The notes under the pieces were generated by a model. That model did not search any database, was not told where the DNA came from, and saw only the letters and a program-made list of their open reading frames with translations. From Theionarchaea archaeon (GTDB lineage Archaea > Methanobacteriota_B > Thermococci > Methanofastidiosales > SZ-28-30), in contig JACVGT010000008.1 of NCBI GenBank assembly GCA_018992685.1, positions 32,001-96,000 of the forward strand: a DNA stretch of 64,000 bases. The letters are read 5' to 3'. Both the position numbers and the translations under genes were made by a program. Positions 48,337 to 57,956 of this stretch are shown one piece after another. Within the stretch, counting starts at the first letter, position 1; every line of letters begins with the position of its first letter.

Positions 48337-50553
48337 TCAGGTAGTATGCTTTGGATCAATACACTGCTTTTCCTTCTTCTTTCCCAGAATAATCAAGGGA
48401 GCACCACACTCACACTTCTCGTTCAGAAAGGTGACATTCCCTCTCTGGGGCAGAGGATATGATCGTGTGCACGCAGGATATCCTGAACATCCCACAAACC
48501 GCTTTCCTGTCTTCTTGGAGTAGATCAGTTTCAAGTCCTTGCCACATGCTGGACAGATACCCACAATTTCCTGATTATTTGCATGACTTTCACAACTCGG
48601 GTTGAGACAGTACGTTCTCCCGCTGATTTTCACCAAGGGCGCCCCACACTCACACACTTCCTCAGTTGGAGCTACCTTCCCCTTCTGAGGCAGGGGATAC
48701 GAATGAGTGCAGTTGGGGTATCCCGAACACCCCACAAACCGCTTCCTGGTCTTCTTTGAGCGGATAATCCTCAGTTTCTCTCCACACAGAGGGCACGTCC
48801 CCACGACATTCTCTCGATCCAGGGTCTCCTTCAATCCCTCATAGATAATCTTTCCAATTTCTGCTTCTTTTTCTTTGAATTTTTCAAAGATTCCCGTCAA
48901 CTCCTTCTGCGCCTCTGTGATGACAGCGTCTTTCTCCTTCTTTCCCTCATAGATTTCATCCATCTCTTTTTCAAAGTGCCTGGTCAGCCGTACCGAGACG
49001 ATCTGGGGACAATCCTTGGTCAGAGCCTCCACCGTCTTCTCCCCGAGAGGTGTAACTTCTATCTGCTTCTCCGTGATGTACCCCCGTTCATACAGGATAT
49101 CAATGATCTGAGCTCGGGTAGCCTTGGTGCCTATCCCCAGCTTCTCCATCATTTTCACTGCTGAAGCAGGGTTGTATCTGGGGGGAGGTTTTGTCTCCTT
49201 GCTCAATACCTGGGGTGTCACCTCAACCTCTTCACCCTTCTCCAGGTGAGGAAGCGGTTCTTCCACAATCTTGGCATAGTCTCTGTAGTACCGCAGCCAC
49301 CCATCCTTCACCGTGATATTTCCCTGAGTAAGGAACGGGTGCTCCCCTACCGTAATCTCCACTTTTGTTGACTGGTAGACAGAAGGGTCAGCAAACCCTG
49401 CAAAGAATCGCTTCACAATCAGATCGTACACCTTGTGCATGGGAGCAGTCAGTTTCTTGGGCTGGTCTCCCGTGGGGTGAATGGCAGGATGTGCAGGGTC
49501 ATCCTTCCGTCCCTGCGCTGAAACCAATGCAGTCTGCATGATCTCTGAGGCGAAGGTGGCATACTGAGGACTCCCCGACAATCCTTTCAATATCCGCTTG
49601 AAATCCAGTTTGGCAGGGAGCTTCTGAGATGCTGTCCGGGGGTAAGAGATTGCTCCCATTTCATAGAGCCCCTGGGCCAGCTTCTGAGTGGTCTGGGGTG
49701 TATATCTGAAATTCTTCCAGCATTCAGACTGCAGCAATCCTAAATCCATGGGAATGGGTGGATTCCTGGTTTTCTTCTTCTGATCCAGATCAGTGACAAC
49801 TCCCGTGGCGCCTAAACACTCCTGGTAGATTCTCTGAGCCTCTTCCTCTGTCGTGAGCCTCTGGGGGTACTTTGCCTGTACCGGTATCCCGTCCTTCTGG
49901 AATTCGATGATCACTTCCCAGTAGGGTTCCGAGATAAAACCAGCAATTTCCCGCTCCCTTTTTTCCAGGAACACCAGGGTTGGAGTCTGCACTCTCCCTG
50001 CTGACAACAGCTTGAACTGTCCCACTGCAGTCTTTAGAGAACTGGACAGAGCCTTGGATACATTCATGCCCCATATCCAGTCCAGTTCGTGGCGGGCCAG
50101 TCCAGCGTCTATCATGGCAAATCCAGGGGGCTCAAGGCTGTCAAATGCACTGGCCAGCTCAGTGGTGGTGAGCGTGGAATACCGCATTCTCCTGGACTGA
50201 GAAATATCTGCCTTACAGGCAAATCGAAGAGCATTATACCCGATAACAGATCCTTCCACATCATAATCACACGCATTAACAAATTCATCTGCGTCCTTTG
50301 CCAGAAACTGAAGGTTCTTCACATAGCTCTTGGCATAGGCCACGTCAGTGGGGACCCATTCAACATCGAAAACTGGATAGTCTCTAAAAGGAACGGCACT
50401 TTTCAAATGGTACAAATGGCCAACTGCAGGTGCTACCACAATATCTCCCACCACGTAGTACGGAGCATTGTTCTTCTTCTTTTTCTCTGGTTTTCCCAGG
50501 GCGCTGGCAATTTTCAAGGCAACCTTGGGTTTCTCTGCCACTATCAGGATCAT
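48337..50553 (-). CDS. topA: DNA topoisomerase IA with duplicated C-terminal zinc-ribbon blocks
   Basis: VAEKP, ACDYDVEG, SAGRVQTPTL, ISYPRT (catalytic Tyr), GTKATR. Confidence 0.96.
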   Translation of the reverse strand: MILIVAEKPKVALKIASALGKPEKKKKNNAPYYVVGDIVVAPAVGHLYHLKSAVPFRDYPVFDVEWVPTDVAYAKSYVKNLQFLAKDADEFVNACDYDVEGSVIGYNALRFACKADISQSRRMRYSTLTTTELASAFDSLEPPGFAMIDAGLARHELDWIWGMNVSKALSSSLKTAVGQFKLLSAGRVQTPTLVFLEKREREIAGFISEPYWEVIIEFQKDGIPVQAKYPQRLTTEEEAQRIYQECLGATGVVTDLDQKKKTRNPPIPMDLGLLQSECWKNFRYTPQTTQKLAQGLYEMGAISYPRTASQKLPAKLDFKRILKGLSGSPQYATFASEIMQTALVSAQGRKDDPAHPAIHPTGDQPKKLTAPMHKVYDLIVKRFFAGFADPSVYQSTKVEITVGEHPFLTQGNITVKDGWLRYYRDYAKIVEEPLPHLEKGEEVEVTPQVLSKETKPPPRYNPASAVKMMEKLGIGTKATRAQIIDILYERGYITEKQIEVTPLGEKTVEALTKDCPQIVSVRLTRHFEKEMDEIYEGKKEKDAVITEAQKELTGIFEKFKEKEAEIGKIIYEGLKETLDRENVVGTCPLCGEKLRIIRSKKTRKRFVGCSGYPNCTHSYPLPQKGKVAPTEEVCECGAPLVKISGRTYCLNPSCESHANNQEIVGICPACGKDLKLIYSKKTGKRFVGCSGYPACTRSYPLPQRGNVTFLNEKCECGAPLIILGKKKEKQCIDPKHTT

Positions 50554-50658
50554 CACCTCCAAAGGAATAGGCCCTACTTATAAAGGTTTGGAACGGTAGG
50601 AAGAACCCTGCAGGATACGGGAAAGATAACTCTTTTAAGGAATGCTGAAAAAAAAAGA

Positions 50659-51036
50659 ATGGTGACTGCTATGGACATGATCAGAAAGGTATTCTGTGGA
50701 GAAGATGTCTCATGTGTAGAAGAATGGGCCAAGTCCAGGCACCTCTCACAGGAACTTATTTCCCACATCTATCAGACTCTCGTGGAGCCCAGGAACGCCC
50801 ATCAACACATTGAAGCCCTGTACACGCTGTTTGAAAAAGAGGAAGATGAGGACACCAAGAATAAGATTCGCATGGCACTGATCCGCGTACAATTATTCTC
50901 TCAGTACCATATGTTTGAGAAATCTGAATTTCGTGATGCTGGAGATATTGCAACCTCTCTGGAGAGAATGTTATTTGGATACAATCTGCTGGAGGGGAAG
51001 AAACCCAAGAAAGAAGAAGAGTCTTCAGAGATGTAG
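50659..51036 (+). CDS. Hypothetical helical protein
   Basis: 125-aa ORF with a TATA-like TTTTAAG about 25 nt upstream. Confidence 0.65.
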   Translation: MVTAMDMIRKVFCGEDVSCVEEWAKSRHLSQELISHIYQTLVEPRNAHQHIEALYTLFEKEEDEDTKNKIRMALIRVQLFSQYHMFEKSEFRDAGDIATSLERMLFGYNLLEGKKPKKEEESSEM

Positions 51037-51156
51037 GAGGCTGCTGGTGGATTGCACGGGAAGGAGCTGCCCTCTGTAACCCAGTGATTAATGCTGTTTC
51101 AACCACGGAATTCCACAAACAACCTTTATAAAGGAGTGGGTCCTAGCTAACAGGCT

Positions 51157-52653
51157 ATGATTCTGCTCATGATCCTGGACGGCTGGGGAATCTCAGAAAA
51201 GGTGGAAGGCAATGCCATACGACAGGCCAGAACGCCAGCGTATTGTGCCCTTCTTTCGAGGTATCCTCACACAGAGCTGGGGGCATCAGGAGAAGATGTC
51301 GGTCTCCCGGAAGGTCAAATGGGAAATTCTGAAGTGGGTCACATGAACCTGGGAGCAGGAAGAATTGTCTACCAGGATTATACCAGGATCAACAGATCCA
51401 TCAGGGACGGAAGTTTCTTCAAAAAAGAACCTCTGATAAGAGCTGTCAAGAGGACGAAGGACAGAAAGTCCACACTCCATCTGATGGGGCTCGTGTCGGA
51501 TGGTGGAGTCCACAGCTCCATGGACCACCTGGTTGCTTTGTTGAAGCTGGCAGCCAGCCACAAGGTGAATACCGTGGTTCATCCCTTTCTGGATGGGAGA
51601 GATGTCCTGCCCAAGAGTGCCCTCACGTATATCCAGCAGTTGAAAGAGAACATGGACGAACTGCATACAGGCAGTATCGGCACTGTCATGGGCAGGTACT
51701 ACGCCATGGACCGCGACAACAGATGGAGGAGAACCCAGAGAGCATATGAAGCTTTGACGGGGGTTACGGGGCTGAGGTGTGGCACTGCAGAAGACGCGAT
51801 TAAGGAGTCCTATACCAAGGGAGAGACTGACGAGTTTGTACAGCCCACCATCATAGGAGAAACCATCAATGACGGAGATTCCCTTATCTTCTTCAATTTC
51901 CGTCCTGACAGGGCCCGTCAGCTGACCAGGGCATTTGTGGATGATCCTTTCCCTCATTTTGAGAGAAAGAAACTGGACGTATTGTTCGTGTGCATGACAG
52001 AATATGAAGATGATATTTCTGCCCCTGTCGTATTTCGTCCCCTCTCCCTCAAGAATACCCTGGGGGAGGTATTGAGCACTCATCATTTGAGGCAGCTGCG
52101 CATTGCAGAAACGGAAAAGTATTATCACGTCACGTATTTCTTTAATGGAGGAAGAGAAGAGCCATTTGACGGAGAAGACCGTGTCTTGATTCCCTCACCA
52201 AAGGTAGCTACCTATGACATGCAGCCCGAAATGTCAGCCCACCGTGTGACAGCAAGAGTTGTCGGAGAAATTGAGTCTGGAAAATACGATGTTATTATCC
52301 TGAATTTCGCCAACCCGGATATGGTGGCCCATACGGGGGATCTTGCTGCAGGGATTGCCGCCATCGAGACGGTGGATACCTGCATGGGACAGATTGTTGA
52401 CGCGTGTAAGGTGAACTCCACAGGCAACGTCGTGATAGTAACAGGCGACCACGGGAATGCAGAGCAGATGGTTGAGGAAACCTCAATGGAACCCTTTACT
52501 GCTCACACACCAAATTCTGTTCCCTTTATCATCACACAGCAGTGTCACGTGCGTTCAGGAATTCTTGCAGATGTAGCACCCACCATTCTTGACCTTCTGG
52601 GCATTGAGAAGCCGCGAGAAATGGATGGGGAAACATTAATAAAGACGTCTTAG
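51157..52653 (+). CDS. gpmI: 2,3-bisphosphoglycerate-independent phosphoglycerate mutase (bacterial type)
   Basis: ILDGWG, GLPEGQMGNSEVGH, GRYYAMDRD, NFRPDRARQ, NPDMVAHTG, DHGNAE. Confidence 0.96.
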   Translation: MILLMILDGWGISEKVEGNAIRQARTPAYCALLSRYPHTELGASGEDVGLPEGQMGNSEVGHMNLGAGRIVYQDYTRINRSIRDGSFFKKEPLIRAVKRTKDRKSTLHLMGLVSDGGVHSSMDHLVALLKLAASHKVNTVVHPFLDGRDVLPKSALTYIQQLKENMDELHTGSIGTVMGRYYAMDRDNRWRRTQRAYEALTGVTGLRCGTAEDAIKESYTKGETDEFVQPTIIGETINDGDSLIFFNFRPDRARQLTRAFVDDPFPHFERKKLDVLFVCMTEYEDDISAPVVFRPLSLKNTLGEVLSTHHLRQLRIAETEKYYHVTYFFNGGREEPFDGEDRVLIPSPKVATYDMQPEMSAHRVTARVVGEIESGKYDVIILNFANPDMVAHTGDLAAGIAAIETVDTCMGQIVDACKVNSTGNVVIVTGDHGNAEQMVEETSMEPFTAHTPNSVPFIITQQCHVRSGILADVAPTILDLLGIEKPREMDGETLIKTS

Positions 52654-52664
52654 AAGATGAGTGC

Positions 52665-53684
52665 ATGGCCAAGACGAAGAAAAGGAAACCGTTGGAAAAG
52701 AAGCCAGCCACCAACATGTTCCTGGGAGGCGGGCTGAATTTCCTGATTCTGGGAGGGTTTATTGCTATCACGTACTACACCCTGTACACTCTGATTATGG
52801 TGGAAGCATCCCCGAAAGACGTGTCGTACACACTCATTCTGCAGGTCCTCAAGGCAGTTGGCATTCTCCTGCTTCTCTTCGGTGTGGTTGTTCTGTCATA
52901 CGCCTTTTTGAAAGAAAGGGGGGAACTGAAAGAGTATGGAGGTGCCCTTCTGGTGTCTGGAGGGGTCGTGTCCATTCCGGCTGTGGTAGTCTCTTCGTAC
53001 TATTTCGTGACTGCGCTGGAAGGACAGACCATGACCCCGCAGTCATTTCTGAGCTTGAACCTGCCCACTCTTTTGACTGATTTCAGTAAAGTGTATGTAT
53101 TTGTGGCCATCCTGTTCCTGGGTATCTTTTTCTGGGAACGCAGGAGGCAGAGATCCTGGGCTGCAGTATGCTGTACAGCTGGGGCTGCGATCTGGAGTGC
53201 TGCGCTTGTGGTAGCCTTTTATAATACCTATGACATGTACAAGACGTTCATGGAGATGTACAGTACCAGCAGGGACCTGATTATTTCTCAGTTTGTGGTT
53301 CCAGATCTCCTGAACAATGCATCCCGGCTGCTGACAGTGGTGGGACTGTTGCTGCTTGGAGCAAGCTATCTCCAAAGACATAACCTGCAGAGATGGGCAG
53401 GCAGGTTCTGGACTTTTGGAGGAGCAGTAGGAGTTTTTCATTGGTTCCTGCGACTGAGCCTGGACTCCAAGATGATACGAAACGAGATGACAGGAGTACG
53501 GCAGTCCATCATGGAGCTGACCCCGTACACCACCACGTTCAAGGACATGTCTCTGAACATTGAGACGATGAAGGAGTTCTATGCGAAGGTGATGATTCCT
53601 ACCTATCTGGAGGAATTCATGCTGATCGCTGTGTTTGCAGCTATTACAGCTATCGGAGTCTACCTGTGGACCAGGAGACGCTGA
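52665..53684 (+). CDS. Polytopic membrane protein of unknown function
   Basis: About 8 hydrophobic helices. Confidence 0.7.
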   Translation: MAKTKKRKPLEKKPATNMFLGGGLNFLILGGFIAITYYTLYTLIMVEASPKDVSYTLILQVLKAVGILLLLFGVVVLSYAFLKERGELKEYGGALLVSGGVVSIPAVVVSSYYFVTALEGQTMTPQSFLSLNLPTLLTDFSKVYVFVAILFLGIFFWERRRQRSWAAVCCTAGAAIWSAALVVAFYNTYDMYKTFMEMYSTSRDLIISQFVVPDLLNNASRLLTVVGLLLLGASYLQRHNLQRWAGRFWTFGGAVGVFHWFLRLSLDSKMIRNEMTGVRQSIMELTPYTTTFKDMSLNIETMKEFYAKVMIPTYLEEFMLIAVFAAITAIGVYLWTRRR

Positions 53685-53765
53685 GATTCCTGTGGTGAGT
53701 TCTTAGGCGGACTCCTGACACGGTACGTAAGGTCAGATAGAAATCCCGGCAGCTGGGAGAAGTAA

Positions 53766-54878
53766 CTACTGTTGGGGAACTTTCAGGAATTCCACTGCCA
53801 GAAACAGTCCTGCACCCCCCAGGACTGTCAGAGCACCCACAGGATATATCATCCCTAAAGGAACGAACCCAAATGCGAAGGATCCCACTGTTATCCCCAG
53901 ATCGAAGGAAGCAGTAAACCAGGCTAGACCGCGTGCCCTGGCTTCATCGTGAACTCTTTCCACCAGCAGTGCAGTCAGCGAGGGATAGACACTGCTGAAC
54001 CCCACTCCATACAGGACCCCTGACACCACCAACATCCAGAGACTTCTGGACTCTGACAACAGACCCAACGCCACAGAAAGCACTATCATCCCTGGCAGGA
54101 TGACCTTACGGTGGCCAACCCTGTCAGAAACTTTTCCCAGGGGCAGCCGTACTGCCACAGAGGCCAGAGCATATCCTGTATAGTAAAGGCCGAAATCTGG
54201 TATTTCTCCCGCAAAAAAGGGAAGAAATGCCACAATAGCTCCAAATGTAATGGTACACAGCATGATGGTCGCAGAAGGAAGATACGTACCTTCCAACGAT
54301 CCACTCTGGACTTCTCTTGGGTGATCCAATGTCTCTTTCACAGTCAGGCACAGCCCAAAAGAAATCCCCGAAAGTCCAACAGTGAGAAGGAACATCTCAC
54401 GAAAGGAGGAGTGATCCAGAACCCACGTGCCTGCTGCCGGAGCTCCTGACAAAGCAATCATGGCTGCCATTCCAAAGGCTCCAAAAGCTTCTCCCCTGCG
54501 GCCTGTGGGGGACATGTCAGCTATCATGGCTATTGAAGCTGTTGTGAAGGCAGCAATTCCTGTACCGTGTAAGATTCTCACCAGAATCAACCCAGTCACA
54601 CTTGACGCTGGTCCGTACAGGGCTGATGATAGCAGGAACAGGAAGGCACCCACCTGCAGCATGAGTTTTCTCCCTTTCCTGTCAGTAATTTTCCCAAAAT
54701 AGGGACGAAACAGGACTGCAGACAGGGTGAGAATACCGATGATGATTCCTGCTTCTTTCTGGGTTCCTCCGATATGCTGCACATACAGGGGGAGCGTGGG
54801 AAGCAGCACGTAAAAACTCGAGAAACAGAGCGATATGGAGACTAACAGGGCCAGAAAGCTCCTGGTGTAGAGAGACAT
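53766..54878 (-). CDS. MFS transporter
   Basis: GKITDRKGRK and GKVSDRVGHRK motif A, RILHG.G. Confidence 0.92.
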   Translation of the reverse strand: MSLYTRSFLALLVSISLCFSSFYVLLPTLPLYVQHIGGTQKEAGIIIGILTLSAVLFRPYFGKITDRKGRKLMLQVGAFLFLLSSALYGPASSVTGLILVRILHGTGIAAFTTASIAMIADMSPTGRRGEAFGAFGMAAMIALSGAPAAGTWVLDHSSFREMFLLTVGLSGISFGLCLTVKETLDHPREVQSGSLEGTYLPSATIMLCTITFGAIVAFLPFFAGEIPDFGLYYTGYALASVAVRLPLGKVSDRVGHRKVILPGMIVLSVALGLLSESRSLWMLVVSGVLYGVGFSSVYPSLTALLVERVHDEARARGLAWFTASFDLGITVGSFAFGFVPLGMIYPVGALTVLGGAGLFLAVEFLKVPQQ

Positions 54879-54973
54879 TGCCTCTCCTTCGAAACGGGGT
54901 ATTAAACTGTTTCGGTTGGAAATGACACCTATCTCAAGAGGACAAGACCTCCTCTCCACATCACACACGAGGG

Positions 54974-55981
54974 TCAGTATATCTGGGGCTCCTCTGAAGC
55001 AATGACAAACATGTTATCACCCTCTTCCAGGATATAATCATATCCAGGATTAACCCGTATGTCAATTGTCGAGTTCCCATCCCCATTCAGTGTTTTCCTT
55101 TCAACAGCTGTCAGGATGACGCCTTCTTCTTCTATGAGCCTCTTCAAGGCCTGTGGAAACGGTTCACCCACGAATCTCTTGGGTACTCGAATCTTGTAGA
55201 ACTCATGTCCATAGTTATGCGTGACAAGCTCAGAAAACAGACGGGACAACCCATGTTTCAACGAAGAGTGTACCATCAGGTTCTGGCTGAGACGGCCCAG
55301 GCACACAATCTCATCGACACCTGCATGCTTGAGGTGCTTCTCGTTTTCGGCGTTCTGGAGTTCCACGCAGGTATATACGTTCCGATTCAGTGATTCCACA
55401 GCCAGGGCAGTCAGAATCACCTTTGCATCTGGATCGTCCGATTTTTTGTCCAGAGAGATTATTGCTGTGTTGGCAGTCATGATGCCTGCTCTCTTGAGAT
55501 CTGTATCTCGGGTGGGATCTCCTTTCACGAATTGAACATCTTCTCTTTCCAAAGGATTCTTGTCCAGGTTTGCCAGGACGACAATCTTACGTCTCGTTTT
55601 TATATCCTCACTGGTGAGCTCTTCCAAAACCTTGGGAGTGCCGGCCGTCCAGCCACATACAAGGATATGATCTTTGACCTTTACCTGTTTCATGATCTTA
55701 CCTCCAGACATCCTTCTCTCCACCAGATGGGCAGCGAACCCAGCAAAAAAGAATCCCAGAAGTACAAAGCCTTCCACAACCAGCAATGTTCCAACGACCC
55801 GCCCCACAGCCGTCTCGGGAATGATTTCAAATCCGCTGGATAAGAAGATAATTATCCACCAGAAGGCTTCCGCCGGAGAATCGAGAACCTCATTGCTTCC
55901 TCTTTCAGAGAAATACAGGACAATACTTTCCACTAGAAAAAGAAATACGAATCCAGCCGCATACTTGTACCGTTCCTTCAT
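54974..55981 (-). CDS. 2TM channel-like protein with RCK/TrkA domains
   Basis: TM, pore helix (EAFWW), P.TAVGR, TM; then HILVCGW, GDPT...DL.RAGI, RCK_C. Confidence 0.88.
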   Translation of the reverse strand: MKERYKYAAGFVFLFLVESIVLYFSERGSNEVLDSPAEAFWWIIIFLSSGFEIIPETAVGRVVGTLLVVEGFVLLGFFFAGFAAHLVERRMSGGKIMKQVKVKDHILVCGWTAGTPKVLEELTSEDIKTRRKIVVLANLDKNPLEREDVQFVKGDPTRDTDLKRAGIMTANTAIISLDKKSDDPDAKVILTALAVESLNRNVYTCVELQNAENEKHLKHAGVDEIVCLGRLSQNLMVHSSLKHGLSRLFSELVTHNYGHEFYKIRVPKRFVGEPFPQALKRLIEEEGVILTAVERKTLNGDGNSTIDIRVNPGYDYILEEGDNMFVIASEEPQIY

Positions 55982-56110
55982 TTGCCCATCCTCCTTCTGT
56001 ATCCTCGTCAATGTATGCGTCAGTCTTTATAAGACTTTCCATTTTACCAGGAGGGTGCCCTGAAAGAGAGCAGAAAGATAACCTTTTAAACCATTGTGGA
56101 AACCAGTACC

Positions 56111-56296
56111 ATGAGTGTTTCAGTGACCCCCGAACGCTGTTCTGGGTGTGGATTCTGCTCCATTGCGTGTCCTCAGGGAGTGTTTGAGATGAAAGAGGGA
56201 AGATCCCATGTCGTCCGTGAGGAAGAATGTCTGGAGTGCCACTTATGTGAAGTGAGCTGTGAGAATGAAGCAATCACGGTGAAGGATTCAGGGTGA
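56111..56296 (+). CDS. 2x[4Fe-4S] ferredoxin
   Basis: CSGCGFCSIACP and CLECHLCEVSC. Confidence 0.92.
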   Translation: MSVSVTPERCSGCGFCSIACPQGVFEMKEGRSHVVREEECLECHLCEVSCENEAITVKDSG

Positions 56297-56311
56297 GAGA
56301 GCCGGTGCAGG

Positions 56312-57004
56312 CTACAGCGTGAGCTGCTCATTATCATGCGAGAAAATGTGGACACCTTCAATTTGTTTCAGCCGGTCCAGGGAATTGAGAGCGTCTACTG
56401 GATTGAACAGGATGCCAACGATATTTCTCTTTTCCAGGTTTTCTCTGAGAGGTGCAGTATCTCCACAGTAAATATAGTCACATGCCCCGTGTACCACCAC
56501 TGACTGATGTCCCGGGGTATGTCCGGGAGTCACGATAATGTCTACATCTTCTGAAAAAGTGTAATCCCCCTTGAGTGTGATGAAGTCCAGTCCCTCCAGG
56601 AACTCTTCGATGTAAGCTCCTCTTTGGAACCTGTGGGGGTTATGTGCATACTGCAATTCCTGTTCCTGGACATAGGTCTTTGCGTTTGAGAACAGTCGAT
56701 TGTTCCCTGCATGATCCATGTGCAAATGTGTGTTAATCACAGCGGTAACCTCTTCAGGAGCAATACCTCGTTGCGCCAGGCTGGACGTGAGCGTCTGTTC
56801 TCTTTCAATTGTGTAGAACTTCTGGTAGGATTCAGGGAGGTCTCCCATACCGCTGTCCACCAGGACAACCTCATCTTCCGTCTTGATCAGTAATGGCTTC
56901 AGTGCTGCCTTGTACAGGTTCCCGTAGTATGACGCTTTCCCGTAAACGAGAAACCCCATATCCAGGAAAAAGAAGCCATCTGACAGCAGAGCGACTTCAA
57001 CCAT
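56312..57004 (-). CDS. Metallo-beta-lactamase fold hydrolase, AHL-lactonase-like
   Basis: THLHMDHAG, TPGHTPGHQSV, GD, SHD. Confidence 0.88.
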   Translation of the reverse strand: MVEVALLSDGFFFLDMGFLVYGKASYYGNLYKAALKPLLIKTEDEVVLVDSGMGDLPESYQKFYTIEREQTLTSSLAQRGIAPEEVTAVINTHLHMDHAGNNRLFSNAKTYVQEQELQYAHNPHRFQRGAYIEEFLEGLDFITLKGDYTFSEDVDIIVTPGHTPGHQSVVVHGACDYIYCGDTAPLRENLEKRNIVGILFNPVDALNSLDRLKQIEGVHIFSHDNEQLTL

Positions 57005-57008
57005 GGAA

Positions 57009-57530
57009 TCACCATTCAATGCCCTTCCGGGCTTTCAGACCTTTCATGTATGGGTGCTTGATATCAAGAACTTCAGTCACATAATCGGCAATCTTCACAA
57101 TATCAGGGGGGCAACTTCTTCCGGTGAGAACCAATTCCACAGGTTCAAGTTTCTCCTTAATCAACGTGATGACACGGTCACGAGAAACGAGCCTGAAATC
57201 CATGGCGACATTGATTTCATCCAGGATAACCATGTCATACTGCCCCGCGGAGATGACGGCTTCAGCATGTTCAAGTCCTTCCTGTGCCAGTCTGATATCC
57301 TCGGGATCTGGGTTCTCCTTAGATACGAAATCTGGTCTCCCCACCTGCTTGATTTCGAAATTAGGTATCAATTTTGCTGTTTCGAGTTCCCCGTAGTTTA
57401 TCCTGCCCTTCATGAACTGGATCATATACACCTTCAATCCATGGCCTGCAGCCCTCATGGCCAGTCCCAGGGCTGCTGTGGTTTTTCCTTTCCCATTTCC
57501 AGTGTAGACATGGACCAATCCCTTTTCCAT
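57009..57530 (-). CDS. cobO: Cob(I)alamin adenosyltransferase (CobA/BtuR type)
   Basis: VHVYTGNGKGKTTAALG, IQFMKG, ILDEI, ELVLTGR, KHPY. Confidence 0.94.
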   Translation of the reverse strand: MEKGLVHVYTGNGKGKTTAALGLAMRAAGHGLKVYMIQFMKGRINYGELETAKLIPNFEIKQVGRPDFVSKENPDPEDIRLAQEGLEHAEAVISAGQYDMVILDEINVAMDFRLVSRDRVITLIKEKLEPVELVLTGRSCPPDIVKIADYVTEVLDIKHPYMKGLKARKGIEW

Positions 57531-57657
57531 GAGCTTCCTCTTCCATACTGAATAAAAGGTTTTCCGTGGTGACGAAGCAGGATCAGAGGAGACTCTCATC
57601 AACCATAGAAGTCCTCCCGAGGTGAACACTTATAAATTCCTGAGGAAAGACAGCATC

Positions 57658-57948
57658 ATGAGAAAACAAGTTGTATGGCTGGCAAACATTGACTCGTCCC
57701 GGAGCCGGTCAGAGGGGAGAAAAATCTCTACAGGACTGGCGGTGAAGGATCCGACCCTCTCTGAGATGCAGAAGGCAGCAGAACATCTCAATATGAAGCC
57801 CGACGTAGAGGAGACCCAGTATCCCAAAGACCAGGGACAGGAGGCGCGAACCCCAGGAAGAATCCTCCTGGAAAAACAGCATGCAAAGCACAAGACCCTC
57901 AAATTACTCTGTGATGAAATTCGTCGAATCCGCCAGGCCAAGGAGTAG
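57658..57948 (+). CDS. srp19: Signal recognition particle protein SRP19
   Basis: VW.ANIDSSRSRSEGRKI...AV..P.L.E...AA..L, YP, GRI. Confidence 0.92.
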   Translation: MRKQVVWLANIDSSRSRSEGRKISTGLAVKDPTLSEMQKAAEHLNMKPDVEETQYPKDQGQEARTPGRILLEKQHAKHKTLKLLCDEIRRIRQAKE

Positions 57949-57956
57949 TGGCACAA

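Noticed and set aside
48337-48810. Internal DNA repeat at the topA 3' end
   Set aside because: Explained by the standard duplicated zinc-ribbon domains of topoisomerase IA
51037-51110. CCCTCTGTAACCC and GGGAAGGAGC resembling SRP RNA pieces
   Set aside because: Wrong order, and the gap is far too short for a 7S RNA of about 300 nt
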